Origin: Lingula anatina
Taxonomy: Eukaryota > Animalia > Brachiopoda
Length of the DNA: 64,000 bases
Direction of reading: 5' to 3'
Assembly (NCBI GenBank): GCA_051362555.1
Contig: CM120641.1
Coordinates: forward strand, 47,436,401 to 47,500,400
The stretch's first letter is position 1. Each line of letters opens with the position of its first letter. Below the pieces are notes generated by a model, which ran no database searches, was not told the origin of the DNA, and was given only the letters and a program-made list of their open reading frames with translations. Shown piece after piece: positions 39,101 through 52,765 of this stretch. A program made the position numbers and the translations under genes.

Positions 39101-41136
39101 CTCCGAGAACAAGGGGTGCGAATTAAAAACATGACCGCACAAATGGAAAATGAAGACCATAAAGAGTCGCGACAAGCCATTTACTATGCGTTAAAGAAAT
39201 ACGACGAAGGGCTTGGTATTGCAGATAAGCCACAAAGTGGACGTCTCTCAAAGGTTGACCTGCGCCACATGAACGTTATAGACGAGGAGATGACCATATT
39301 AACGCAGAAAAGTGTATTATACAGTAATAAATATATTAATCACCTAAATAAGGTGATTCCAGCGGTACTTGAGAGAGAAGGTCGTGCATCAGGCTACTAA
39401 ACTAGCAACACATGTAATAAAGGTAATGAGACATTGATATTTATTTGATGCATTAGCTATTTAAAATTTTCCATTTTAACTACGCTTTTGTTGATCGTGA
39501 CTTATTATCATCAAATAAAATTGTTATACGAGTTTTAAAACTAAGCCTGATTTGTTCTTCAGAGTTTTGTTCTAATATTTGACTTGCCTTTACTCGAGTC
39601 TTATGTTGCAGTTGATACATAACCCGGTATTGTTTGCGATAGCAATCTCTTTGCATCAGCTATAATAGAAACCTTAAGTGAGGCAATTAAGAAGGGGCAG
39701 ACCGTGTTCGTTGAACCGACTAATTTGGGTGTCCGATAAGGATTGCTTGGGGATTCCCCTACCCTGTAATTATCATACGGCCTCTATTGTTCGACCATAT
39801 GGGGCAGGGTTGGGAAACCATACGGCCATTTGGTAAGGGGACATTCCGGCGGCACTGTACGATATTGCAAAAACATTGCAGAACATCAAATTTACTACGT
39901 TGCATTGTATCTATGTGATGCTAATGGAATATTACCTCTGTAGAATCTTTTTAATTGTTGTTTTTCCTGTTTGTCCCGGCAAAGTTTGTATATTTTGAAC
40001 GCGTCGCTGCCTTTCTTTTTCCCCATGGTGGGTACCTCGATCACGTCAGGGAGACTGTTCAGAGCACAACGAAAGTTCGCCTTCCATCTCTTTGGGCTCG
40101 GGTGGTCCTTACCGTCACGATGTTTACCTATGGGTAGAATGATTAGAGATAACGACCCTCTCCAGGAAGAACACCACCCCCGCGGGAAATCCGCTCGTGC
40201 AGGGGGGAGCACCTGGGAAATTGCCCAACAGCTTGAAGAGCACTAAGATGTTTACAAAACTTCTTATGCTGTCACTTTTAGATAGATAGTAAATCCATAT
40301 CTATAATTGGACTTATGCCTTCCATGCACAAACAGACACCTTTCTCTGTCTAAGACTAATTTTAAGTGTCCCCTTGATATTACTTCCTGGCAGAGAAAGT
40401 TTGTTTCCGCATTTTATCTTATGTTATCAGGATTGAAAGTTTCAGATTTTAAGAAACTGATATAATATAAAATAACTAATAATGATAATAATATCTTATT
40501 TTCAACTACTCCTCAATTCGATCTTGTCAGAAAATTTCTCTTTTTATTTCATTTTTTATTTTCTTTTGTATTTTGAAACTGCTTACTGAATATATACCAC
40601 GGTGTGCTGAAAAGCTCACCAAAGCACGGGCTCTTTTACACAATGATGCACACTGAGAACGGGGAAGGACAAATTACCCTTCCGAACTTAGTTGCACGTC
40701 TACGAACATTCTGATCATCAGGCACTTTACCTGTGTGGATAGCCCATCGTTTGAAGAGGCAGGCATCAGATCCCTCTTTCCAACTATTCTGTGCTGCATG
40801 TTTCCAGGGAATGCGCACCATGGTTTTGGCCTTGTCGTGCCACTCCAAGCCAGGGACTGACCGACTCTCAACTTGGTCCACCAGCCACGGTTTCATACGC
40901 TGTCTCTCCGTCGGACGCAAGCTCAGGGGGAAATCGTCTGTCAATGTCGCGGGGACATAGGCGTTGATACTACCAGCATATCCAGTATGGGACAGGTGCA
41001 TCTTCTTGTTTTTCTTGGGCCGTGCACACAGAGAGCGACGCTTACTCCTTTTCTTTCTGCGATGTCTGGCAGGAGCAACGGCTTCCAGTATTACGGAAGG
41101 CAGTCGGACCTTAACTGACCTTGTAGACACAACCAT
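33184..41136 (-). CDS. IRF1/2: Interferon regulatory factor, IRF1/IRF2-like, 8 coding exons, 506 aa
   Basis: Exons 41136-40731, 40127-39936, 37514-37420, 37140-36948, 34820-34570, 34067-33950, 33685-33560, 33323-33184 (1521 nt, phases consistent). Tryptophan-pentad DBD: RQRMKPWL...PGLEW...RIPWKHAA...FKRWAIHTG...RWKANFRCALNSLPD. No IAD1/SMAD-like domain, as expected for the IRF1/2 group. The C-terminal exons rest on splice sites and frame only. Confidence 0.9.
38174..38573 (-). pseudogene. BEN-domain-like coding remnant with one frameshift, in IRF intron
   Basis: ASSPGNFCVQLMGRLFTVDERI...GVDGRDPICKYRLNYI continues after a frameshift in the TA run near 38310 as KDMANKMFITETTDKSFWKKCISSMNKTNSNIR. 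This matches the helical pattern of BEN domains (recognised by eye). Confidence 0.6.
39062..39400 (+). mobile_element. Internally deleted Tc1/IS630-like transposase (N-terminal HTH fused to extreme C-terminus)
   Basis: MPLSDYVRLRIIALREQG...SRQAIYYALKKY...DKPQSGRLSK (paired-like HTH with GRP-like motif) is joined to YINHLNKVIPAVLEREGRASGY (Tc1-type C-terminus). The DDE core is absent and no TIRs were identified. Confidence 0.7.
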
Positions 41137-41724
41137 TCTTCACTTTTGTTTCCACGTGGAATCTGAAAATTAACCAATTGCGTAAGGCAGCCTATCCGTG
41201 CGTAGGACACATCAAATTGTGTTACGCTATCAAACATTGGTGGCAGCATTTTCCGTATTTGGCCCTCTGAATTCCCACAGGGGATCCCCCTTTCATTCAT
41301 GCCTTGTCCCCATTACGGCCGTGGGTTTTCACGATAATACGTTCTAAACCCAATCCACACCAAACGATACAATGCTACATTTTTTAGAAAAACTGTGTTT
41401 TAAAAGTTATATATTTTTATTTGAAATAGGCAGTTGATGTTCGCCAATGCATATTTTCACGGCTTAACACTTACAGGTATTCTTAAACAGGTATCCGGAG
41501 TTTCAAAGTCTTTCGAGACCTAATATCTATCACCAGCCACCCTTTTCATGTGAAATGGTGGAAGAGAGTGAAGTGAGTGAAGTGGTAGGAAAAAGAATGA
41601 TCGTGAGAACTCCAGTATTCCGGGTGTGAAAAGGAATGAGAACAAATATGACTATTTGCAATAAATGTGCCGTTGTCGTGATTGAAAGGCGCAAATACAC
41701 AATGGTTCTTACACAACAGAGTGG

Positions 41725-41725
<1 letters not shown>

Positions 41726-41772
<47 letters not shown>
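41726..41772 (+). repeat. (TAT)n microsatellite
   Basis: Read directly; other (TAT/TAA)n tracts at ~34092-34120 and ~51447-51498. Confidence 0.95.
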
Positions 41773-41774
<2 letters not shown>

Positions 41775-42451
41775 TTGACAAAAAACAGTATTTAGGCATT
41801 ATGTATGTGAGTAGTTTCATCTTCCGCAAGCATATAAAAACAGGGCCTAGAGACGGAATTTCCATCTTATGAATATATTTGCACAGAAACCTACCATTGC
41901 TTACTGCTTCATTCAAATAGTACGGTACTGCCCCTTTTCAAGTAGACCCGCCCCTTTATGCTACGTATATTAGGCACACGTTTGCATATTTCCTATTGCT
42001 GATTAAAGTTCACATTAACTAAGGTCCCTAGAAGGACATATGAAGTAGTTCCTTATGATTTTGTCTGTTCCAGGAAGTGAAACCTTGCGGTTTGTCACGT
42101 ACATCAGACCAGAAGTGTGTATAGAAACTTTCAAAAAATCTTTTTTGGTTTAATAGTGGGAGCGATCGAGCTGTAAATTTACTTGAAATTTTTGGCTGCC
42201 AAATAAATGAAAAAAAAAAAACGAAAAAATACGAATTGTATTGTATGCAAAGAAACTTCACCTCTGAAAATGCCGATGTCACTACCGGAAGTGAAGACAT
42301 CTGTTCTTAGTTTAAAAAGAACGCTGTTTAGCTCCGTGACTATGAGGCGTTCTTTTAAATTCATTTATGTGTAAACGATTGTCAAAACGTTTAGCAGGCT
42401 ATCAGTCAAAGGCCATCCCTCAGCTGCCTACATCAGTCAAATAAAAACAAA

Positions 42452-45400
42452 AATATTTTTAATCACTCTGCTGACAGAAAAAGTTGGATGCAGGCAGACA
42501 AAACTAAATGCTCAACGAACGCCTGTGACAAGTCTTTTCAATACACGCGCACGTGTTCTCTTCTGTGTTAGCAATTACAATGATACAGTTTGTACCTGTC
42601 TTTGATGCCGATATAAAGACATGGAATGACTTCTGTTGTAACGGCTCCAAAATCATATTTGGAACTAATGTAAAATGATATTTAAAGAGCAAACAATTGA
42701 TTTCCAAGCGTGCCGTGTGTCTTTTGTACCCAATCTTACCCCGTTACATACATGTTATATATAAAACACATCTGTTTTAGTTCATTAATATTTCAACGGC
42801 TTTACCAAAACTATTACTGGTGTAGAAGCAGTTCTGGCTCCTAAGTACTGGTAATACCGAAGTAACTGTACGTGGACTGCAGAAACATGATTTAAGCTTC
42901 ACGATTTCCTGACATCGTGGAAATTTCTTGAAAATAATTATGTGAGTTACACTGAAGAAGCGCACGATTTCGTTGTGTCTTTGGCTTATCAATTTGACAT
43001 ACCTTGACATATTCAAAGTCACAGATAAAAATTTTATGCATCAAAGTTATGGAACGTGCTGCCAGGTTACTATAAAATTTTGCTTTGATGGCTTCTTAAA
43101 AGAAAATGTTAATCACCTTGAAGGACCAAAAATATAAATAAGCAATGCTGAAATAGAAATAACATATTTCGTTTTTATCTTTGTTTTTTCATTAACTCAT
43201 ATTATTTACAAAATATTTCAAGTTGTTTTTATTGAAATATGTCCAAAACCTCAATATTATGTCCATCTTGACTTTGCCAACATGAGTGAAATTATAAATT
43301 TGTTTTTGCTAGGTTGACTTTATATGTATTTGGTGTATTCTGGGATTGCAAAAAAAAAAAAATGTACTCTTTGCTCAAGTTGGAATAAATTATCTATCTA
43401 TTCTATGGCAGAACGTAACTTCAATATCTCCAAAAAAAAAAAAAAAAAAAAAAAAGGCTGCTTTTATTGTAAGTTGTGCGTCCGGAAATGTATATTTGAT
43501 ATAAGAGCGACCAAATTGATTGATAACATAAATTGTACAATATAATACTGTGTTTCGAATGTTCGACATTTATAAGTTTCTCTTGGGCACGAAAAAAAAA
43601 ATTATCGATAACTCAGAGTCTTCGTCTTGATGGTTTACAACTCGTCAACATTTCGACCTTTTTCGCAATTCAAGAATACACAAAATATGGAAATTAAAAC
43701 TTTGACAATGCTTACAATTAGGCCAATATTCGCACCTATTTTCGTTTTATATTCGTAACGATATTTGTGCATTTGTACACAACTTGTTTCGAAAAATTCC
43801 TAATGTCCTAGAAATGGTATACTAGTGCGCCTGCGGTATAATACCAATGGTAAAATTCGGAAATTATGTCAATTATTTAGATGAAAGTTCAAGCATAAAT
43901 AAACATAATTATCATGTTTTTTCTAAGAAGTTAAAGATTTTGATTTAGAATTTCCAAGATGCCTGCCCTAAGTTAATTCCCAAATGAATGAGAAGAGTTA
44001 ACATCCTGGCTATCACAGTTGTCCAAAGATTGGAGTCGTCGGGTATTATCTAAATAATTTATACTAGAAATGCAAAGATTCCCCCTCACCAGTTTAACTG
44101 GAGAAAAGTGTTGATAGAATTCCTCTGCGTTCAGTACAGGGGTACTGGGCTTATCACGCTTCCTGGGGGTAACGGACGTTGCGGGTTTTCGTGGAAGTTA
44201 CAGATATTTGACAATATTTTAATTACTCAGCTGACAGAAAAAGTAAGATGCAGGCAGACAAAACTAAATGCTCAACGAAAACTTGTGACAAGCCCTTACC
44301 ATACACGCGCACGTGTTCTATTCTGTGTTAGCAATTACAATGCTACAGTTTGTTTCTGTCTTTGATGCCGATATAAAGACATGGAATGACTTCTGTTGTA
44401 ACGGCTCCAAAATCATATTTGGAACTAATGTTAAATGATAAAGAGCAAACAATTGATTTCCAAGCGTGCCGTGTGTCTTTTGCACCCAATCTTACACAGT
44501 TATATACATGTAATATACAGACTTGACATTTAATATGGAATATTTTTTTACCAAATCATTTTTCAACAGTTTTTTCCCTATTTTGCTGACTGATAAATGA
44601 AAATACGGATTGAAATCGTGTTTTAATAACTTATAATTAACTCTTTGATGTCATTGTGACATCAGTTCATTTATGGAATTCGCCAGAGAAGCAAACAAAA
44701 ACACATTGCCTATTCTATGTCATACTACAACAACAATTAAAAGAGATATTTTGGATCTCCATATTTTCCAAATTATTTTCTGTAAAAGAGTTACACGCCT
44801 CACAAAGAACCTCCCATGTCAGTGTCTAGTCACAGTAACGGTCGCTGTTACGTTTGACCTCTTCTGTTTGCTACCAGCGCTCTCAAGTGGCAAGGCATTC
44901 CTTGGGTTAGGTTTTTAGAGTTCAATCTGGAATAACATTCCAGGCATCGGTCAAAATCTGTCCAATTTGGTCCAGTTTTGTTGTGGGACATGTAGGCCAT
45001 TGATTCGGCGAGTAATGGCCTACCCACATATTGTCTATGTGGTTCAAATATGGCGATTTTGATTACCAAGGTAGCTGCTCATTCCCTTGGTTCTGTAAGT
45101 AATCTGCTATTAAAAGTGCTATGTGTGTACCGGGAATTTCACCGTGCAACCTAAAATTGTTCCTAAGGTGCCCCCTATCAAATGATAGTCAAGTGGTTCT
45201 CAGATTATTCCTTTATTTGATCTGGTTCAGGTTTTCGTGGATGACCATCATTGGTGTTTTGGCACCAATGTGGTATCCACTCCAATTACTGACGCTGTTA
45301 ATGACCTTAGTCACTTTAGACGCGGCACACGCTTCGTCGTTGGCCTCCTCTGGATGTCTGTAAACTCTGTTTTGACTGGATGAGCGGTACAAGTAAAAGC

Positions 45401-47677
45401 TGACCTCAGTAACGAAAGTCAAGAGGTTTCAGTGTTCAACTCAGAAACGATCAGGGTCCCCAATTCATTAGAGAAACATACAACGATGTTTTGCTGTTTA
45501 CAGTGGGTTCCCCTGAGGTCGTCTGGTATTCTAACCAGCAAAAACCAGTTTGGTGTTCGCTAAGGGCCTTGAAAAATGCGTTTTGGTGGCAATTTACCCC
45601 TCATTCTGAACGGACTGGGTGGTTTTTGTTTAGTTGCAATAGCATATCCCGACAGACAGTGGGTCCTGTACCCTGGTGGTAAAATTTCAATACATTGGTT
45701 GTAGCCTCTGTGTAGGTACATCAGTCTGGGCATTACTCTTTAAAACTGTGCGGACCGTTTCGTTTGGCACAATTATCTGTCCGGCAATGATGTCTTTTTC
45801 GCGCCATTCTGCCACAGATTAACAAATATGCAGAGCACTGCATAGCTCATTTTACACCTTGCAAAACCGACCACTCGCATGCAAAATTTCGAATTCTTCT
45901 ATGCAGTAGTTGCCGACATATGGATACTTATTTGACAGAACCATGCTTTGCCAAAGCCAAGCTTTGACCTGCCCAAAGGAGCACTACCCAATTAAATCAC
46001 TGCATATTACGTAATGCAGCAGCGCAACAAACCTGGTATTCAGTTAATTGGAAGCGACACACCTGACTACACACTTCTCCATTCACGTATCTTATATGAG
46101 ATCGGAGTTTTTTGAAAAAAGAATGCATTTTTACCTAGGCATACCTTCGAAACTGAAATATTCCATATTAAATGTCAAGTCTGTATAAACCACCATTTTG
46201 TTATATATAAAACACATCTGTTTTAGTTCATTAATATTTCAACGGCTTTACCAAAACTATTACTGGTGTAGAGGCAGTTCTAGCTCTTAAGTACTGGTAA
46301 TACCGAAGTCACTGTAAGTGGACTGCAGAAACATGATTTAAGCTTCACGATTTCCTGACATCGTGGAAATTTCTTGAATATAATTATGTGAGTTACACTG
46401 AAGAAGCGCACGATTTCGTTGTGTCTTTGGTTTATCAATTTCATATACCCTGTTTTAATTCAAAGCCACAGATAAAAATAGTTTTAAATTTTATGCATCA
46501 AAGTTATGGAACGAGCTGCCAGGTTGCTATAAAATTTTGCTTTTATGGCTTCTTAAAAGAAAATGTTAATCACCTTGAAGGACCAAAAATATAAATAAGC
46601 AATGCTGAAATAGAAAGAACATATTTCGTTTTTATCTTTGTTTTTTCATTAACTCATATTATTTACAAAATATTTGAAGTTGTTTTTATTGAAATATGTC
46701 CAAAACCTCAATATTATGTCCATCTTGACTTTGCCAACATGAGTGAAATTATAAATCTGTTTTTGCTAGGTTGACTTTATATGTATTTGGTGTATTCTGG
46801 GATTGCAAAAAAAAAACAAAAAAAAAAAACTTTGTACTCTTTGCTCAAGTTGGAATAAATTATCTATCTATTCTATGGCAGAACGTAACTTCAATATCTA
46901 CAAAAAAAAAAAAAAAAAGGCTGCTTTTATTGTAAGTTGTGCGTCCGGAAATGTATATTTGATATAAGAGCGACCAAATTGATTGATAACATAAATTGTA
47001 CAATATAATACTGTGTTTCGAATGTTCGACATTTATAAGTTTCTCTTGGGCACGAAAAAAAAAATTATCGATAACTCAGAGTCTTCGTCTTGATGGTTTA
47101 CAACTCGTCAACATTTCGACCTTTTTCGCAATTCAAGAATACACAAAATATGGAAATTAAAACTTTGACAATGCTTACAATTAAACCAATATTCGCACCT
47201 ATTTTCGTTTTATATTCGTAACGATATTTGTGCATTTGTACACAACTTGTTTCGAAAAATTCCTAATGTCCTAGAAATGGTATACTAGTGCGCCTGCGGT
47301 ATAATACCAATGGTAAAATTCGGAAATTATGTCAATTATTTAGATGAAAGTTCAAGCATAAATAAACATAATTATCATGTTTTTTCTAAGAAGTTAAAGA
47401 TTTTGATTTAGAATTTCCAAGATGCCTGCCCTAAGTTAATTCCCAAATGAATGAGAAGAGTTAACATCCTGGCTATCACAGTTGTCCAAAGATTGGAGTC
47501 GTCGGGTATTATCTAAATAATTTATACTAGAAATGCAAAGATTCCCCCTCACCAGTTTAACTGGAGAAAAGTGTTGATAGAATTCCTCTGCGTTCAGTAC
47601 AGGGGTACTGGGCTTATCACGCTTCCTGGGGGTAACGGACGTTGCGGGTTTTCGTGGAAGTTACAGATATTTGACAA
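42452..47677 (+). repeat. Tandem duplication of a ~1.76-kb unit; the second copy is interrupted by a Tc1 element
   Basis: Copy A ~42452-44214 and copy B ~44213-47677 (excluding 44518-46183) are colinear. Both begin aatatttt..ctgacagaaaaag and end gttacagatatttgacaa. Confidence 0.92.
44518..46183 (-). mobile_element. Full-length but decayed Tc1-family DNA transposon (1666 bp)
   Basis: 28-bp perfect TIR cagacttgacatttaatatggaatattt, TA on both flanks, absent from duplicate copy A. Minus-strand transposase relics with stops and frameshifts: FVTEVSFYL..RVYRHPEE..SVSNW, W*SKSPYLNHIDNMW (cf. WPxxSPDLNPIE), NLTQGMPCHLRALVANRRGQT. Confidence 0.9.
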
Positions 47678-47919
47678 ATTAGAAACACAAATAGGAACTC
47701 AGGTGAATTTAATCAGTAACTAAAAGGAGTAAAAGAAAACTTTTTTATGATGAAATGTCATAATGTTAGGCAAAGAAGGCATACATACGATTGTCCATTT
47801 TTTTTCTGATGATGTGTACAAAATAATCCACAAAATTGAATTTAATTCTTTTAAAAAGAAAAAAAGATGGGAAAAAAATTACATGCTATGAAAAAAACAA
47901 CGATCTAAAATAGAATATT

Positions 47920-50850
47920 TAACTTCTGGTTCAGTTCACAATTGTTAATCTGTGAAAAGCGCTTCTTGGTTTCTAAGAACTAACAAAAGTTGGCGTTTCT
48001 CGGTAAAACATATGGATTATGTAAATAAAGTGCCACACCTATAAGAATAAGAATTTTGTAATAAAAATACTGTATATAAACTTGTCCGAAAGATTGAATC
48101 AACTTGGTCTCTCCGAAAAATATGACAGTTTTCTGTCGTGATAGTTTCTTCGCTTAATGATTCTGCAGAAGAAAATATTTTTGTTCAATCAATGTTCCCA
48201 GATGGATGCCACGTCACGACACAAGTTTCCGAACATGGACTAAAATTTGACCAGAAAAAAGGAGGTAGCTGTGCATGTGGTACTACTCATTATCTGTTAC
48301 AGAAATTATTGCAAAATAGCGCTATTTGGCAAATTGAATAGCAGCACATTACTTTTGCTGTGGGAAAGAAAGCCAGAGAGAGGAAGGGCAATCTTCGACG
48401 CGTCTGGATAATGACATACACGTTTGTGGTTTATTTTATTGGATTCGAACGAATTTAATAATATTTATAGTGATGGCTAAAATTATGAGAGAAAAATACT
48501 TCTTAAAGTAAAGATGGTAAATATGTTACTTTATTGAAAAAAACAAAGGTTTGAAAGCTAGTCAACATATATGATTCAGATCGGTCTCAGACGCGCCGCC
48601 ATGTTGGTTTGCGTTGTCGATTTTCTCAATATCACCAAGACGCCGACTCTGGAGAAATTCTCGGCTAATTACTGTATATATGCTTTATTCAGTAGTCGTC
48701 GAGAAGGCCTTTTAAAAACAAAACGCAATTAAAACAGGCTGCATTTTAAAGATCCTTCAGTATAAACATGTTTTGTTCATTATCTTGCCCTACCCAGTGC
48801 ATATAACGTTAAGTGTTATCCCATTGTTTTTTGGAAGGAGCCATATTTTGTCACATTTTTTGCACAATAACTAACTTGTATATATCAATTTGTTCATTCT
48901 GCTGTAAGTTAAAAAAAAACTTTTAACTAAAAATCAACTGATTTTTTTTTTAATTTTTAATCCTTGAAAAGAATTCATGACAAATTGATATTAATTTTGA
49001 GCAAACACGTACTTGTTGGCACGAAAATAAAAGTTTTAAGTGTAGGGCTATTTAATCGTTTATAGCGGGTTACTCTCTTTGAAAACGACTGAAACTTTTC
49101 TAAGATAATAGTGGTAGGCTAGGAAAGAGAGAATTCGTAGAATTATAGTAAAAAAGAATAAAAACATAATAAAATAAGAATAAAAACCCTCTCCCTACAA
49201 AATAAAACGATAAGCTAAATAAAAAATAAATAACAATTGCAATTCCTACAATATGATTATCTGAGAAAAATAAACCACATATTTGAATATATTTATTAAA
49301 AAAGAAAAGAACAAAATAAAAAAAATAATTAACGAAAACAACTATTGCAACTCTCTAAAATACGACACTTAACTATTGGTTTAGTTCACACATTGGTTGC
49401 CTTAAAAAGTTTTTTCTGTTCTTCCAAGAACTAACAAAATTTGACAGCATTTCTTGGAAAACATGTGGATTACGTAAATAAGGTAGATCTCGTCCCACAT
49501 CTACAATAACAATTTCGTAATCAAAAAAACTATATAGGCTTGTCTCAAAGATTTGACCAACTTATGTCTTTCTGAGAGGAATTGCAGTTTTCTGTCGTGA
49601 TCGGTATTTCATTTATTTGTTCTACAAAAGACAATTCGAAGTCCCGGTGCAAACCACTTTAGGAAAAGGAAGGTGGAAATAGACCTGCATGATATTCTTT
49701 TTACGTAAAAACCTTGAAAAATGCCCCAAGCTCACGTAGAAGGGCTGTCGTTAATCTAAGACCTCTGCAAACAACTTTTAATTAGGACATTCACAATTAA
49801 ATTAATTTCATTCAATGATTAGAAGGGCTATGATGAACCATACTGTATGTATTCTCGTTCATTTAGAAATGTAAAAAAACTGAAGTGAAATATTTTATAG
49901 ATAGAAAATTCACGACAATAACAACAACATAATGATAATAATAATAACAAGCTATAATTTAGGCTTAAGGGTCTAGACAAAGTTTTACCTGACAAGCATA
50001 CAATCTACAAGTGACTTGGTAACAAAACGCTCTTAAATACAAATCTAAGGATTTTTTAACAAGTGTGACAATAGTTCGTTTATAACGTTATTTGCAGTAA
50101 AATAGATTAACCACCTTGCACAACTAGGAAGAAGAACGTGACTATATGCTCTATCCAGGGCCATATTCCAAGATGGATGCCAGACCACAACAAGTTACTG
50201 CAGGTTAACTAAAAGTTAACCAGAGAAAGTTAATTACTAAAACCATATATTTACCTCGGCTATTGAACAACCTGTAACCTTTTTACTGAAATCACTGGCG
50301 ATATTTGCAAAGTGTATAGTAAAATATTACCTTTGCTTTGGAAAAAACAACCGCGAAAACGAATGGAGGGGTGTCTTTGGACCGCCTGGATAATGACGTC
50401 ATGAGGATTTACGTCATTCATATCGAGCAAAAAGAATTCAATAGAATCGACAATAATGACGTAATAAATGAAAGAAAATTAATAGTCAAATTGAAGCTGG
50501 AAAACGTAACTTTGTTGCAAGATACAAATATTTGAAAGATGTTCAACATTATAAGAATTCTGATCGGTTTCAGGCGCGCCGCCATGTTTGTTTTAGTTGC
50601 TGATAATCCCAATATCATTAAGACGCCATCGCTGGAGCGTCTCTTGGCTAATTATTGTATTGATGTTTATGTTATTAGTCATTACAAAGGCTTTTTTAAA
50701 ATAACAGAATTAAAACAAGCTTTATATTTCAAAATACGATATTATAAACATCATCTTTATTCATTATCTTGTCCCATGCAATGCATGTTACGGTAGGTGT
50801 TATCAATTTTTGTTCTTGGAAGCAGCCATTTTTGTCACTTTTTCCCAGTA
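47920..50850 (+). repeat. Two old diverged copies of a ~1-kb repeat (~47920-48870 and ~49370-50850)
   Basis: Shared colinear blocks: agttcaca..ctaacaaaa, gttttctgtcgtgat, agatggatgcca, cgccgccatgtt, aagacgcc..ggctaatta, gccat..ttttgtcac. Boundaries are approximate. Confidence 0.65.
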
Positions 50851-51190
50851 TAACACCTGTGTTATGTCAATATTTTAAATGGCACCTAATTTCTTTAAGT
50901 TTTTGAAGAAAATTCTTTGATAATACCACTATATAAACCTCACAGAAACGAGAGATTGCAAAATTTTTTCAGAGAAATGTGCTAGCTTGGTCACTTGTTC
51001 TGTTAAGATTGGCAAATAAGGTAGTTTTGTAATGAAATCTACAGTATTGTTTTGGAGGAACGGTCTGGAATAAAAATAATGTGGAATAATTTGTGTTTAC
51101 TTTGCCACACATTTTTATTTAATGAAAATGAAAACAATGCTCAGCACTGTTTTCCCTCTCTTTGTCTCAGGTCTCTTTCTCACTCTCTCC

Positions 51191-51258
51191 TTATTTTATT
51201 TTATTTTATTTTATTTTATTTTATTTTATTTTATTTTATTTATTTATTTATTTATTTG
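51191..51258 (+). repeat. (TTTTA)n/(TTTA)n simple repeat
   Basis: Read directly. Confidence 0.95.
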
Positions 51259-51445
51259 AGAGGGGGTGGGGTAAACCTAGATCTCTACAAATGTTATACA
51301 GATGTTATTTTAAGGGTAGGACTATGACATTAGCACCTTCTGAGACATTTACTCACTTTGGTCACATATAAATAAACATTATATTTGTGAATTAAATAAG
51401 TATACTTATAACTTCAACCCTCGTAGTTGCAATATCTCAATAAAG

Positions 51446-51499
<54 letters not shown>

Positions 51500-52724
51500 T
51501 GACCAGAAATACTTCTTACAGGTTTGTCACTTTTCTCACTATTGATTTCAAACTGTTATATGAAAACGATTGAAACATACTTAAGATAATAGTGGGGAGA
51601 ATTTGTAAATTAGAGTAAGAAAGAAAATAAAATATGTAAAAAATTACCGCATAAACAATCTACATAGACAATACCATTATTTTTACTGTACAGCCATTTG
51701 CTATAACATACGATAGAAACTTGCCGTCTCGATATAATGGGAACTATATACTGACCTATATTCTGTATTAATTAGCTTGAAACAGGAAGTGTGCTGTTTT
51801 TGATTGGGGTTAAGGGGAAATGAACATAGAAAAGATAACCGGCATTTGATGGGAAAAAAATTTGGGTTTTAACAATCTGATTTGCAATATCGTCATAGTT
51901 CAATTAAGGCAAACAGTAAAATGTATCACTTTATATGCTAACATCAATCTTTTATTAACAAAAACAAGGACTTGTTTCTAAGTCAATATTTTTCCTTTGT
52001 AGTTACCAGGCTGTGAGGTAATTTCCAAGGTTTCTGTGTTAAGATTCTACTCGATACTGGTATACGTATGTACCAGTCATAAATTATCGATGCCATGAAA
52101 TAGCTGACAATGTAAATGAAGAACAATGTACAATTATAGAATCTCTTATGACTTAACAGGCACAAAGCAGTTTAAAAAATTGGTCTTATGATCACAGGCC
52201 CCTGGATCTTTGTGTATGAAATTTCAGGCACTATTACACATATATCTGTAGTAGGCTATGTTATCATCCGGTATAATTGTACATAATATATCTGCTATCG
52301 CCGCATGAACTCTGTGCATGTAGTAAAAAGACCTTTGGTAAACACAATGTGTTCAATTAAATTAAGGATAACAAAATTACAGGAACAGCCACTGATAAGC
52401 ATAGTTTGAGTGCATCATATCAGAGAATTATTAACATGTACTATATTACCCTAGTGAACCCAAATGACATATGTACTGTGGGGGTGAAGTCTTCTTCAGC
52501 TCTCAAGGCCAAGAGGATAAGCACGTGAAATGTGCCACCACCTGGCGTCTCGCCGAGACGCTGCTGATTGATCATTTCCAATAGGCCTACTACGAGATGG
52601 CATAATACATCCCACTTCCTGTGCAAAGAGATGACGGTTATCGATTTATAGGTCTTCGTTTTTTTTAATAACTTTTTTTCACTGGCCGGTCCGGGATTAA
52701 CTTAAATTGTCCCGATGGCAGCTA

Positions 52725-52757
<33 letters not shown>

Positions 52758-52765
52758 CGCGCGCG
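52725..52765 (+). repeat. (GT)n(GC)n alternating purine-pyrimidine tract
   Basis: Read directly, about 41 bp. Confidence 0.95.

Noticed and set aside
41530-41916. 128-aa poly-Asn and 78-aa poly-Leu ORFs
   Set aside because: Artefacts of a (TAT)n microsatellite.
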